Shown: one piece after another, positions 1 through 12,197 of the stretch
Position numbering within the stretch: the stretch's first letter is position 1
Layout: the number at the start of each line of letters is the position of its first letter
NCBI GenBank assembly: GCA_002633005.1
Contig: NMRA01000526.1
Coordinates: forward strand, 112,032-176,031
Reading direction: 5' to 3'
Source of the DNA: Phoronis australis
Taxonomy: Eukaryota; Animalia; Phoronida
Length of the DNA stretch: 64,000 bases
Position numbers and translations under genes: made by a program
Notes under the pieces: model-generated
Told to the model about the DNA's origin: nothing
Databases searched by the model: none
Seen by the model: only the letters and a program-made list of their open reading frames with translations

Positions 1-5
1 TTCAG

Positions 6-3000
6 TGAGAAAGTGTCGAATTCAGAGGCCAGGTCACTTCTGGGAAAGATGAATGCATTGGAGGTACTGGGCTGCAGAAATAGACCATGTTGGCAGAGTG
101 ATTGCTTAGAAAACTGTTTGCTGAGAAGAATGAAGGTGGTCTGATTTCTTTTGTGGTGCGCCAGACATGCGCAGACTTTAATGTCCGCCCTTTGCTCAAA
201 ACAGTCACAAGAACTTTCCTATTAGTTATGAAATTGAGAAAACTTTTTATGTCTTTTAGCTTCTTTCAAGATATGGACAGACTTTCCATTTGCTCTAAAT
301 ATTTTGTTTATTGCGTTGTGTCACCAGTGAGTCTCTGGTGCATTGGGGCATGTGTATTTTGTGCTTGTCACACTAAGGAAGTGGCATTATATTGGTATGG
401 ATGAATCAGTTATTTTAATTTAGTACTGCAGAGCAGCAGGTAATCAAAATGTCCTTTTCGTCACCACATAAAAATGGCACGAACTGGACCTTCTGACCCT
501 GTTTGATTTTTGACGCTCTTCAATTTTGATGATCTTCACAGCACAAATGTACATGTGAATGTGTTTACTACTAGGGTTATCCGCCAGACGATGGGGTTAA
601 TCTCGTCAGTAAAGACTCTGAGTCTTACAGTGCCGCCAAGTGTCGATGGGAAGAACTAGACCAAGCTGCAAAGCAGTCTTCAGAAAAGGAGGAAAATCGT
701 TATCACAGGCGAACAAAAGTGGTATGTTCAAAGTTTGTTTTTGTAACGTGTGTCCATAGCAGACTGTTTCCATTATGTTTCATTTTGCTGTTAGGGTGTT
801 TGCAGACTGAGTTTCATGTTAAATAGTTACTAGCATTAGGATACTTCAAAAATCTATTATTTTCGATTGTTTTTAATTTATTTGTTAAGCACCAGTGCTG
901 TTCTATTTTACATTTACAAATTATGAGATTGTTCTGAATGTTTCTTATTTTAAACATTACTGAAATGCTATAATAGCTAGTGAGGTTGTTGGTCACTCCT
1001 CACTGCCCATTGTGCATCAGTTGCAACAGAATGACATTAGGTGCTTCCGTTGTTCGTTACAGTTTCAAACCATATTTTCATTTTAGGGAACGTTATCACA
1101 GCCAGAATGGGAGGCAACCAGTAAGTGTCATTATTAAAATCGAGTTATATTAGCTGAATAAAGAATATTAAAGACAAATAAAAATGCTGTATGTGTATTG
1201 AAATATGTGTACCCTCAGGAATACGTTACCAGGAAGAGCCATGTGGCTAAACAACATTTTTTGATTTTTTTCCGAAAGTAATTTCAGACGTACTGTTTAA
1301 CCGATAAGAAAATAATTACTGCCATTTGAAAGTGTAGACCTTTGTCCTGGGAATGGGTTCAGTTTATTTGTTTTGTGACCTGCAGTAATGGTGTAATTAT
1401 GCTTTGAAAATATTCACTTCAACGCATGATATCAGAAATTACCACATGTGTATCTGGTATATCGTTGATGTATAGATGGCGCTATAATCAAATGTAGTTC
1501 TATTCGTATAATTATCGAAAAAGTGCACGTCAGCTTGTTTGGCCCAAATATAATATTATTAGAATATGCCTACAGTTTCTGTGGTATGCCTGGAACCTTT
1601 TTATTCATAAAACTTCACTTTGTGTCACACCTGTGAAATATAGCTGATAAGTCCAGATTTGGTGTCAGTGATGAAGAATTGACCAAAATCACAGTTCACA
1701 AAAAATATGCTCTGGGTTTCTCCTGGGAAGACCTGTCTTTTGTGATGGTAAAATATGTTGTATTCAAAACGCCCCAGTGCCACTTATTTGCAATCTTCAA
1801 GGATCAAATTGGTGTCATATTTTTGGTTATTAGACTTCAACTTTATGATTTTTTCTGCAGTTCGTTTTTAAATCACATTTGAAAATGCATTAAAAATTCA
1901 CAAAAATGGTTGTCCCTTCCCTGTAACGTCTTCCTGATAAGGTCTATATTTATCTTCTTTATCGGTGTCATCCGGGATCTGCTGCTGAATTTTTAAAACC
2001 CTTAGTTGAATATTCATGAAATTTTGGAGACTTGTTCCTATCAGGGATGGGACAGCAAGAGCGAATTTTTGGGCAAATCCAACTGTGCCCTCTAGTGGCA
2101 TAGTTCAGAGTTCCTTAGCGAATGATTTTCATGAAATTTAGCCAGTATTCAAAACACTAATACACCTTCTTATTTTCTGATGAATTTCATGTATTCTGCA
2201 CCACCTAGTGGCCATTTTACTATTTTTGAGTCCACCTTTCCATCAGCTAAAACAGAACGGATCCGACTACCACTGTACCCTGTAGTGGGATTTTTTTTTT
2301 CGTTTCCCTTTGTATCTTCAGAGTTCCTCGACAGATTTCTATGAAAATTGGGGAATAAGTTTCAGTTGAAGAGATAACACCGCTGAGTTGTTCTTTTTAG
2401 TGGAAATATTTAATAAAAATAATCATCTTCTGTATCTGCACTGTATACAAGGCATATAGTGGGCAAACCTCAACACTCTGCATTGATATAGTTTTACTTC
2501 AAATTCTTAAAAAGGCACTAAACTCGGTACTGATTTGGTCCACGGCTATTGTACATTTCGATATCGCTCTGGACACGTAAAAATGCTATTCAACTGAAAA
2601 ATGCCTCACTGTCAAAAAATCTATTCTCTCATACAAGGTGGGTGGTTTTTCCACACAGCAGTTGCAATGATTGCCCAGAGTATTGGTGACACTCGTTAAA
2701 ATAGTAGAATTCGATTTGTTTCGGAGATTTAAACATCCTAGTTGCTGTTAATATCTGTTTCTAGGCTAAAGCAAGGTTCACTTTCCTGACTACTTACCAT
2801 TGTAATTCTGGTCCCAACTTTCATCCCACTTGGATTAGGTGTGATTTCTGAGTTTGGTTAAACCAAACTCAACTATTTAGAATTGACACTCCAAAGCAAA
2901 TTATACGGATGGAAATAAGGTAGTGCTTTTTCGAAATACTACAGGTACATTGGGCCTTATTTTTCTTGCAGTAGACTTATTCTGCACATATTGTGCACAA

Positions 3001-3349
3001 AAACAGATCCCGTTATTCCCATTCTTTCACTTTTCAAAGACTATCTTGCGGTAACTTGGAACTTTACCAAATGTTGTTTTATAACTCCTACGCAATATAA
3101 ATGATGTTAATATTGCATTCAATTTTTATTGATATTTTTGTTGAAAATTTTGATAAAAATATAAATTCACTTGTTTGTCATGTTTTGGGCTAAATATATG
3201 AAGAATTACCATAGTGTGGTAATTTTACTTTTAAATATGCAGTGTCGAATTGAAATAACTGCTGTTCTTGTCTATTTTCAGCTGTTTACTTGGTCTTTGC
3301 ATTTCAAAAGGTGCTAAATTCTGAGAATCAAGGTACAGCTTCAAGATAA
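6..3349 (+). CDS. RNMT: mRNA cap guanine-N7 methyltransferase, last four coding exons (5' part outside window)
   Basis: Exons 6-63, 575-721, 1087-1120, 3282-3349, all GT-AG and phase-consistent. Translation EKVSNSEARSLLGKMNALE|GYPPDDGVNLVS...RTKV|GTLSQPEWEAT|TVYLVFAFQKVLNSENQGTASR* matches the RNMT C-terminus (MQALEPYP...[21 protein letters not shown]). Likely polyA signal AATAAA at 5216-5221. Confidence 0.92.
1215..1937. mobile_element. Non-autonomous TIR DNA transposon (MITE) in RNMT intron
   Basis: Imperfect ~22-bp terminal inverted repeats: TCAGGAATACGTTACCAGGAAG at 1215 vs reverse complement of the end at 1937 (TCAGGAAGACGTTACAGGGAAG). No coding capacity. Confidence 0.6.
1950..2400 (+). 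repeat. Degenerate copy of the CTAGTGGC tandem-unit repeat family (second copy at 60765-61745)
   Basis: Units gtgccctctagtggc (~2085), gcaccacctagtggcc (~2198) and ccctgtagtggg (~2278). Flanks such as cggatccgactacc...tgtatcttcagagttcctcgacagatttctatgaaaattgg align with 61122-61220 and 61615-61660. Confidence 0.7.
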
Positions 3350-5274
3350 TGTCTTAAGTTATTCAAAGGCATGATTCAGTGTGTGGAAGCCCTGCTAGAG
3401 TTGACGGACAGTATTTTGAAAACTGACGCACTTTACATCTTTACACTTGTGAAGGATAGTTGTTGTGTATGATTACCAAGTTAGCAATTCTTGAGAGAGA
3501 GATGTATAACATGTTTGTTGGTTATGTTGGTGTCAATGTTGTATGGAGATGCATTATCGTAAGCCTGACATTGGAGGTCCAAACTTCAACCTTTTTGCCA
3601 GAGGTCCTTAAAACTGACGTGGAATTTGAAAACTCCATATAGTCGAGCTGTTTTTTTTTTTGATATTTGTTTTTATTATTTTTTTAACTCGTTTTTTATA
3701 TGCCCCCATATCCATATGTGTGCATATTGCAGTCATCACTGTCGGGGAGTCTGGCATCGATTACTGTATCTCCAAAACTCCCTGGAGTGTCTTTGTGAAT
3801 GTTGGCAGTGTTCCTATAGTGCTGCATGTGTATGCATCAGTTTTGTCCCCAACGTGTTGGGCCCTCTGAAAAAACATTGTAGTGATACTCACAAGTCAGA
3901 GCTGTCCATAAAAACTGTTTAGTTCAGGACGCAACTCAACATGGTTGACAAATGAAATGTTACTCTGTCCAATTTTGCTGCAAAAGGAACTTTCAATTTA
4001 CTGTGCAGTGAGCAGAGTTTGTATTGTATAGATGTCACTGTTGGTTGCTGAATTTTAGTATGCAGCATCATACTAAGCCTTTACATACTAGAAAAGAGGA
4101 GTTTTAGCCATTTTGTGAAAAATTGGTGACATAAATAATGAAATGTGTGTTGTCACAGGCAGTAGAGTAGTTAGTGGACAATGTTCTGCACTTTCGTTGA
4201 GAGGTTTGATGCTGGGAAGTTTCCCAACTTTTTTTTTGATTGTTTGCGACAATCATGACATTAAATTAAGTTACCTCAATTGTGCGGTGGGATGATGGAA
4301 CGATTCACATGGAATGTCTCGAGATGTTTGTGCATGAAAGAGATTGTGTTTTGTTCTTGTCAGCTCAGACTGCTTGCCCATAATAATTAGAAATTGGGCC
4401 AAAGGAAAGGCACTTTCATGTTCCCACAAAGCTAAAGAGTTATTTTTGTCCCAAATTGAAGCATTTTCACTGTAATGGCTTCCTTCCTGAGGGAATTCCT
4501 CAGGTCTTACAGTTAGTTTAAAAGATTCTTCCTTTTATTGTAAGGAGCTCTGCATGTTCTAGACATCTGATGCTGTCATGCAGATTTATGTTTCTTAACC
4601 TGTGAATGTATGGGTAGCGTAATGTGTATCATGTACTGTTGGTTGTGAAGACAGAATTCGTGTTCACAACATTGGTCCTGTCCTCACAATTTAAGACATC
4701 CCTGCTTTCAAAATTGTGTCTTGTACTGCAGATAGGTCTAATTGCGGCGAAGTCATGTTTAGCCTCGTATCTTAGATTGCAAGGATTGGTTTGGAAGAAG
4801 TGTTAAGGAGGCATTATACAAGCCATCTTCGTGGTTCTTAGATTTCAATTGTCACATATTGGACAGAATCATTGCTGATCTGCTGTCCACCGTTATCTAG
4901 TGGTCTTAGCATTGTCAAGCTGAAGTCCGTAAGAGGCGAACGCATTATCTCTAATGGGAGTTTATTAGTACTGTTCCAGTTTTTCATTGAATTTCTTTCT
5001 TTGTAATACAAGTGGATGTCTCCATGCTTACGTGTATCATTGGGCTTAGGTCTTCATTTGGAACATAGTTCTAGTTTATATATTCTACATCTTCATATCA
5101 GCGTTTCAAAATGTATTTTACAGGTATTCAATTAAAATTGAATCGAACTGCAGCTGTGTCACACACTACCACCGTTTTGATAAGTTGTAAATTGTACTTT
5201 TGAAAATTCAGTTGAAATAAAAAAAATACTTTTTATTTTCACTTCTGTTTGGCAAGATTTTGAAAATGGCTAAT

Positions 5275-5434
5275 GGCCAGTGCAGGCAGATAGCTGCGAG
5301 CTGAGCTGTCTGCCCCAAGTGAACCAAAGTCCAAAGGTGTGAAAAAGCGCCAACAGTTGCGCTAGATCTGGCTTGGCTTGACCTGATTCACTTGAGGCAA
5401 ACAGCTCAACCTTAGCTTTATTGCCTGCTCTGGC
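5275..5434. repeat. Imperfect inverted repeat with ~60-bp arms
   Basis: ggccagtgcaggcagatagct...gagctgtctgccccaagtgaacc vs reverse complement of the right arm agccagagcaggcaataaagct...gagctgtttgcctcaagtgaatc. Confidence 0.8.
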
Positions 5435-6356
5435 TCTTTGTCCATACTTCTGTAGATCTGTCGCATTCAACAAGGAAGTGTCAGGTTACTTGTGGTCGAG
5501 GCAATTTTCAACCAAAAGATCTTGTGACAATTCTGTCCGTTTGAACAATTAAACTGTGGTTTCTTGTTGAACTTGCAATGAAAGCAGTTGAAGTTGCATG
5601 TATACTGCCAGTTACTCAGTAACTGACATCAGCTTCTGGCTCTAATAGTTATTACAGTTATTTTGGACACTTAATCTATTAATTAAGTATCTTTTACCTG
5701 TTGCGGAAACTGCACGGGAAATGTTCATACGGCATGCCTTTGTTTAGCCTACTGTGGACATAAAATTGCCAATGTGCCACGTGTATCATCACCAGGCCGT
5801 TGACATTAAATTGAGCTGTGCAGCAGACCATACGAAACAATTTTGATGTATCGTGGGTTTAATGATTTTTTTTTCTATTGGGCGGAGTTTCCGCCAAAAA
5901 TAAAGATTAAACTGAAAATGTCATATTAAATTTGGTTGGGTTTGAAAGAATTCGGAGTTGTGTTGAATGACTGAGCATTGTCTGGGCTTGGGCTAAGTTT
6001 CGACTGATCTAACTTAAAGTAAAATCCGTTTTATGAATTTTTTAACCAAAATTAAGCGTAAAGAGCATCTTTAAATTGTTTTTACTGTATTATTTTTATA
6101 CGTCTTTCTGCCTAAGAGATTGTATCCATCGTTAGTTCGCAAAATTAGTTTTCATGTCTGATTTTGTCGCCAAGGTATCATAAAAGAGTTGTAGTTTAAA
6201 GCTATATAACAAAGTTGTGCTATAATTGTGCTATTAAATGGGTATGCGGAACACTGACAGGAACGCCTTCGTAAAGAAGTAACGTATAGCTGTTGCAGTG
6301 TAACCATGGTGTAACAAACAAACAAACAAACATAAATTGGGAATCTTTCTTCCGTA

Positions 6357-6449
6357 CAACTGTTGATTTATTACCGACAAACATTCGCGACGAACGCAAT
6401 TTTTCAAACAAGTGTCCCCCTCACAACATCGGTAATAAATCAACAGTTG
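6357..6449. repeat. Hairpin with perfect 21-bp stem
   Basis: CAACTGTTGATTTATTACCGA (6357-6377) and TCGGTAATAAATCAACAGTTG (6429-6449) are exact reverse complements. Confidence 0.9.
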
Positions 6450-8840
6450 GTCAGGTGAAAAGATTCATTATTTTATGATTTATAACAAATGAAGCTCCGT
6501 GGTTTTACACATCGCCATTCGTGAGCGCGGCTATCAAAACATGTTTCAGTTTACTTTTTCTTCGCAGCCATGTAACTGATCATAATAGACACCAATGCCC
6601 TGATGGTCATACTACCCAATGTCCGTTAGCAGATGTTCATGTGATGTCATGGACATATATCAGCCTTCGCAAATATACATGTTTTACCAATCTTAATCCT
6701 TGTTTGTCTCCGTAAGCAGAGTTTTTAAATGGTCGCTGATGTCGCCGGCCATTTGGAATGGGGCCCTGACCGTTTCGGTTAGACGGAAATGCACGACGTA
6801 AGACCACACAAGTCAACTACAGTGCTTACAGTTACTCTAAACGAAATAAAATTGCATCATTTATTAATTCAGTTTCAATTGACATAAATTGTAATAAGTT
6901 CTGCACCCAAGTTTGATGTGCACAGACGTTTTCAACGAGATTGTTCACGTAAAACGCTAAGAACCCAGCATTAATTATCTCTCTGTATTTTATTGCTTTG
7001 GCCTTAAAAAACTTGACCGGCCCTGGGACATTTTGATACATTGTTCAAGCAAACTAATATCTATGGTTCAAGCTACCCCCTGGAGCGCGTGTTGTTTGAG
7101 TAAATCTGAACGATGAATATTTTCGAAAATATATCCTGAAAACTGAAGCACAAAAAATAGATTAGTGAAATATGCTGTTTTTAAGATACATTTGAAGAAA
7201 GAAGCCACTCACTCACTGTTTATTATCATATTGTGAATACCAATGAACACGTCCGGATATATGTTTGACGTTCGTAAGCAGACGAACGCTGGAAATTTCA
7301 ACGTCCTCGCGGTACCGCACAGAAGAGGAAACAATATTGTTCACGACTTTAGGGCACTCACGACTTTAGAACCTCCGACGATACATAGACGTGTTTGCAC
7401 GAGCGTGTCGCGTGTTTGATAAATCAGTCTACGTCAACAAGCTTGCCCCATGTGTAAATACTGCGTTCATTCGTGTAAATGTCAAAAATGATTCCGTTGC
7501 CAGTGGCGTATACCAAACGTGCATGATAAAGATCTTGGCAACTAATTTGAGTTCGGCGTCATTTGCTCACTTGAATCCCTCTCTTGTTACCCTACGCGTA
7601 CTAACCTGTTGAAAATTTTCTTTCAAAAAATAATAAATCATCCTTTTGTGACGTAGAACATCAATCAGAAACATACTGTTAAGTGTTACAGTAACAATAA
7701 AGGATTACTTGGCAAGACGAATATATACGAATCTAGGATGAGTAAGCGTGTCTCAGAGGGGGATGTATAGAACGACACGTGCTCGCATACCCAATTTACT
7801 AATCGGCTCTCAGTTGGGCCTTACAGCGGCATACGCAGATGCGGTTAGTACAGGTTGTAGAAGTGCATGCTTTCATACTCCTAAATACAGTTTATACCAA
7901 TCGACACCCAGATGAACCTCATAAATGGACACGCTGAAGTTCTGATTAATGGAAGATTGCTAAAAAGTCAAGAATCAAATTCTTTCCTGGCTTTTAGAAA
8001 ATGCATTTTTTACCGATTTAAAATCTAGTTTTGTAGATATTTGCGGTTATTGTTAGTTGCGTTATATTTCTGGAAGTCGCAAATTAACATTTCTCGCCGT
8101 TGTCTGACAGACATTTGCTGAAATCAAAGCCAATGACATGTCTTTGCCATTAAAATACGCTTAAAATACGTAGTATTTGGCTCAGCGGCTGACTATTCGT
8201 CTGCTCAAGTTCTAAGGGGCTGGTCGTTTCTACGGCTAATCTCTGAAATTACTTTCGTCTACGAGAGTGTTCCTTTAATGGACATTTCTTTCTTAGTCTA
8301 CCTATTTCTAAAAACTCAGTGTCTTTGTTGAGGATATTACTTTTTTAAAATTCACAAATAGTGGCTTTAAGTTCTCTTATGTTTCGATTCCACACAAGGA
8401 TATTGTTTTTCGTTCTTCATAGTCTCACATTTTTTATTGTTTCGGCTGCATGTATTGATGCTGCTACGCTTCGCACAAGCATTTTATGTGGGTTCATGAC
8501 CAATTTGATTTTTCTCTTCTTACCCTCGTGAATAGTTCACAGTGCTGGTTTCATAGAGTGCAAAGAAGTAACTGCACGCGCCGACCCTCCAAGAGAGGAA
8601 CCCGTCTGAGTGGGGTCCACTGATATGAAAAGCATGCTGTCCAAATACTCTAATATGAAAGGCTATCACGTTTTAAAAACTGGAAAAGTGACATTTGATT
8701 CCATCATCAGATCGTCCTCTTTGAATATTTCATAAAAGACAGGAAAAGGTTCAGTCATTGGGAAACCCTACGTAAGCACACCCCTAAAAACAAGATAAAC
8801 AAAAAAGGTAACCATGGATGCCATCGGCGATGGCCTTTCA

Positions 8841-9071
8841 AGGGCTGAGATTTATATCAAATAATTTTGTATACAATTTCAAAGAAAAAAAACGGGAAAA
8901 GAGCGACTCCAATACACCTTATTAGAGGGGGTTGGTGGACAAATATAGCTTTGCGTTCCCTAAAAAAAATTCCACTCGGACTTTTTCGATGCATATTTTC
9001 AATATTTTTAAATGGGCGCGGCCACATAAAAATGTCCCGGCCAGGGGCTCCAAAGGATAAATCCAGCACTG
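8841..9071. mobile_element. Small hAT-like MITE
   Basis: Imperfect TIR agggctgagattta / taaatccagcactg. A similar end (taaatgcagcactg) occurs at ~31848-31861. No clear TSD. Confidence 0.4.
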
Positions 9072-10176
9072 CTGATTGACAAACGTTCCCTAACTTTTCT
9101 CTCTTACACATGTTTCGCTATGTTTTTATTTTCTCGACCGCAAGTTATCGTGGGCACATACCTCCTTCTCGCCCCCCTCCCCCCTCCTCCTACGTCCCTG
9201 CTTTCCCCCGACAACTATCTTGAGTGAGAAGCGCTCACCTCTCCTCTCCACTTCCAACACCTATGGAAAAATTATTTTACTGCTGCAGAATGACTTCAAA
9301 TCTCCGGCGAACACACAATCCATGTTTATTTGTAATTGCCACAAACGTCGCTACATTGCTGGGGGCTTTTAAACTTTTGACAAGTTGCTTCTTTATCTTT
9401 TCAATAAAAGGAATTATCTACAACAATTCATTGGAAATGTGTTTACGGGTAGGTAGACATTTTTGGTCTCATTTGAAGTAAATGAACTGAAGCTGGCATG
9501 CGTCGTTCTTTCGACCGCTGGGTGAAGTTGACACGAGGTTATTCACAGACAGTCATCTTTGTAACTACGTTGCCGACATTACATTCAAAGTTACTGCTAA
9601 TTGTCATAATTCTATTCATTTTATGAGTAGATCTGCAATTCAATGAAAATGTTAGGCTTTCATACTTAAAGAATCCAGTCAAAATTGTTGAAAAGCGGAA
9701 AGTTCACAGTCTTCATTTATATTAAGCACTAAGGATGAAGTTTAATAAGAAAATTTATTCATAGAAAGTAGGCTATATGGTTGAATTATTGAATTAAATA
9801 TTTACATAACTGCATATTTTGCTAATCAGTTGGCTTATGTCCAATCGCATTTCATTACAAAAACAAGATTGTTCTTCAATTATGTTCAGTTGTGTCCCAC
9901 GCATTTCTTTTTTGCAAGGAAGCCGCCAGCGTTTCTTGGGATGTTTTTGATCGATTAACAGTTAGCAGACGACCACCTTCGGATCCACGTACATGTACGA
10001 AAAACTGAACACAAATAGTAAGTTTTGGTAAGCTTACGCATGGAACTGAAACTGCTGTTTTCGTGAGCGGATTTTCGAGGACCTTTGGCATTGATGCTGG
10101 AAGCAGACCATTGCCTCCCGCTGTCCACCGACGAGAAATGAAAAACACCCATTATTGTCTCCTAGGAATGTTGTAC

Positions 10177-11310
10177 TTACGCAACAAAGCCACCGTTTAC
10201 GAAAGACATTTCTCTTAGCTCATTTTGATTGGCATCAATGGACGATGAACGCCGTCTTTCATCTTGAGATATTGAAAACATCATCCAATTTTTTACGGCA
10301 ACTGGGCGACACTTGAGCAGGGCCACAAACTCCTTTCGCATATGAGTGCTTCCAACGGAATATACCACCGGATTTAACGCATTTTGTAGATATGTCATCC
10401 AAGTTACGAAAACGCTTACAGCTCTTGGTACATCCGCTATTTCTATGTCCTCTCTCAACACAATACACACGTACGTTACCATGGGAACCCAACTCACAAA
10501 AAACAACACCACACACGCAAGCAACATAATGGCGATTTTCTTCTGTAAGGCATAACTGCGTTTCGAAGTAGTCACTCCGCATCGTATAGAATTCTTCATA
10601 TTCTTATGTATAAATATGAAAATTTTCGTATAGATTATTGTTAAACTGATTACTCCGTACAGCGCAAAGCTTGCTATGAGCGAGACGTCCCCAGTTTGGA
10701 GGTCGATGTCCTCCTCGCTGAAATGAATTATACAAAGCGTCAACGCAGGTTGCACTTTGAAATCATCTGCTCGAAATAACATAATAATATATCCAGTGGA
10801 AGAAAGTACCCACGTTACGACAATGGCCACTTTTATAGATATACGTTTCTTGCCTGACGTGCAAATAACGAAATAACGGTCAATACTTAAGCAAAACATA
10901 CTAAACATTGATACACACAGAAAGCCTCTCATGGCCACGATCTGAAGCATGCAGGCTGGCATGCCAAGGTCGTAAGTTGGGTCAATGGATATCAAAATGG
11001 AGATTGGCATAGAAAACACGGCGACACCGAGATCCGCACACGCCATGTTGAATATTAATACAAACATGTTGTTATTAGCACCTCCTCTGGATGACGATGA
11101 ACTTATGGTGTTCCGAGACAGTTTAGTTGCCTGCCAACGCCGATAAACCACGAGGCATACCATCACGTTACCCACGATAGCCATTGTTGTTATGGGTAAT
11201 TGAAATGGTAGTGTATACATCCACAAAGGTCTTACTTCCCCATGAGTGTCATTAGAAGATTCACAGAAAGTAATCCTCGAAGAGTTTCTGTCACAATGAA
11301 ATTGGTCCAT
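10177..11310 (-). CDS. Intronless class A (rhodopsin-like) G protein-coupled receptor, 377 aa, orphan
   Basis: Seven hydrophobic segments with class A motifs: TM1 GN, TM2 MACAD, TM3 Cys and IDRY, TM4 W, ECL2 Cys, TM6 FFVSWVP, TM7 NALNPVVY, helix 8 MRKEF plus Cys. N-terminal N-glycosylation sequons (NSS, NDT). Confidence 0.95.
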   Translation of the reverse strand: MDQFHCDRNSSRITFCESSNDTHGEVRPLWMYTLPFQLPITTMAIVGNVMVCLVVYRRWQATKLSRNTISSSSSRGGANNNMFVLIFNMACADLGVAVFSMPISILISIDPTYDLGMPACMLQIVAMRGFLCVSMFSMFCLSIDRYFVICTSGKKRISIKVAIVVTWVLSSTGYIIMLFRADDFKVQPALTLCIIHFSEEDIDLQTGDVSLIASFALYGVISLTIIYTKIFIFIHKNMKNSIRCGVTTSKRSYALQKKIAIMLLACVVLFFVSWVPMVTYVCIVLREDIEIADVPRAVSVFVTWMTYLQNALNPVVYSVGSTHMRKEFVALLKCRPVAVKNWMMFSISQDERRRSSSIDANQNELREMSFVNGGFVA

Positions 11311-12197
11311 ACTGAAAATCCTGGATCGTCACTTCTTGTCATTTCCTGTGTACTACATTTGCCTTTTTCTGCGTAATTAGCAAAGTTCGCTCGTTCACAG
11401 GAAACAAACTGTTATAGTTTTGCTGTCTCATTTCTGAACATCTTGGAATATGAAATCCAAATCGACTCATTCACGAACATGTAGAAATTACTAATGACTG
11501 AGCTTGTGTCTTTTTGCGCAGGTGTGTTGTAGACTACGGAAGCGATCCGCTTGACCGGCCATTTCTGCTTCTTGACCCCAAATTAAATGGTTTTTGAACG
11601 AGTGGCAACACACACCGTGCAGGGTCTATACAGCGTTGTTCATTGGTTGCGTTATTCATGTAAAAAAATTATAATAAAGAGTGCTAAGAAATTCTAAAAA
11701 TGCATTAAACGGAAAAATAACTGAAACATCTTATGAAATGAAAATTGACACGAATTTGTCAGAACCCAACATACAGGGCGTTCCAAACTTATCGGGTTGA
11801 AGTAAACACGGTTTGACGCAATGGTTTGGGCTTTACTCGGCTGACTCTTACTGATTTGGGAGACACGGGTCTTAAGAAAATATATATATGTATATGTTTA
11901 TTTGTGTATAAGACACAACTGAAGATAAGGCAAGACATGATGCGAAGTGCCTCAGAGCAGTTGATAGTTGTTTTATAAAAATCAGACAACTTTACAATTA
12001 TATACATACTTTCCACTTCAGATTTTAGTTGAAACGTCACTAAACGCCACTGAGTCAAAAATATGCTTTTAATTGTTTATTTCTCGAAAACAACAAAGCA
12101 CGTGTAAATATTTCATCAGTGCTTAACATATGACAAATTGTGTATTTTGATGAGACTATGGACATTCTGAGGTTCCATGTAAATGATGATAATATGA

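Larger units (their letters stand above)
5215..6800 (-). ncRNA. Candidate spliced non-coding transcript convergent with RNMT
   Basis: CpG-rich promoter-like patch at 6720-6830 with YY1-like CAAATGGCC and ETS-like CGGAA. Minus-strand donors at 6686 (TTG|GTAAAA) and 5697 (CAG|GTAAAA), acceptors at 5816 and 5642, and minus-strand AATAAA at 5237-5232. No long ORF. Confidence 0.3.

Noticed and set aside
5270-5480. 7SK, telomerase, RNase P or MRP RNA
   Set aside because: Only a short GATCTGGCT resemblance to 7SK; no CTAACCCTAA-type template or P4 motifs. The structure is explained by a simple inverted repeat.
6550-6675. H/ACA snoRNA on the minus strand (hairpin followed by ACA)
   Set aside because: No clear H box or second hairpin; cannot be supported without a covariance-model search.
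10177-11310. Naming the GPCR as a melanocortin, adenosine, amine or opsin receptor
   Set aside because: It has the TM3-ECL2 Cys pair and TM2 Pro (unlike melanocortin receptors), no TM3 Asp of amine receptors and no TM7 Lys of opsins; left as an orphan.
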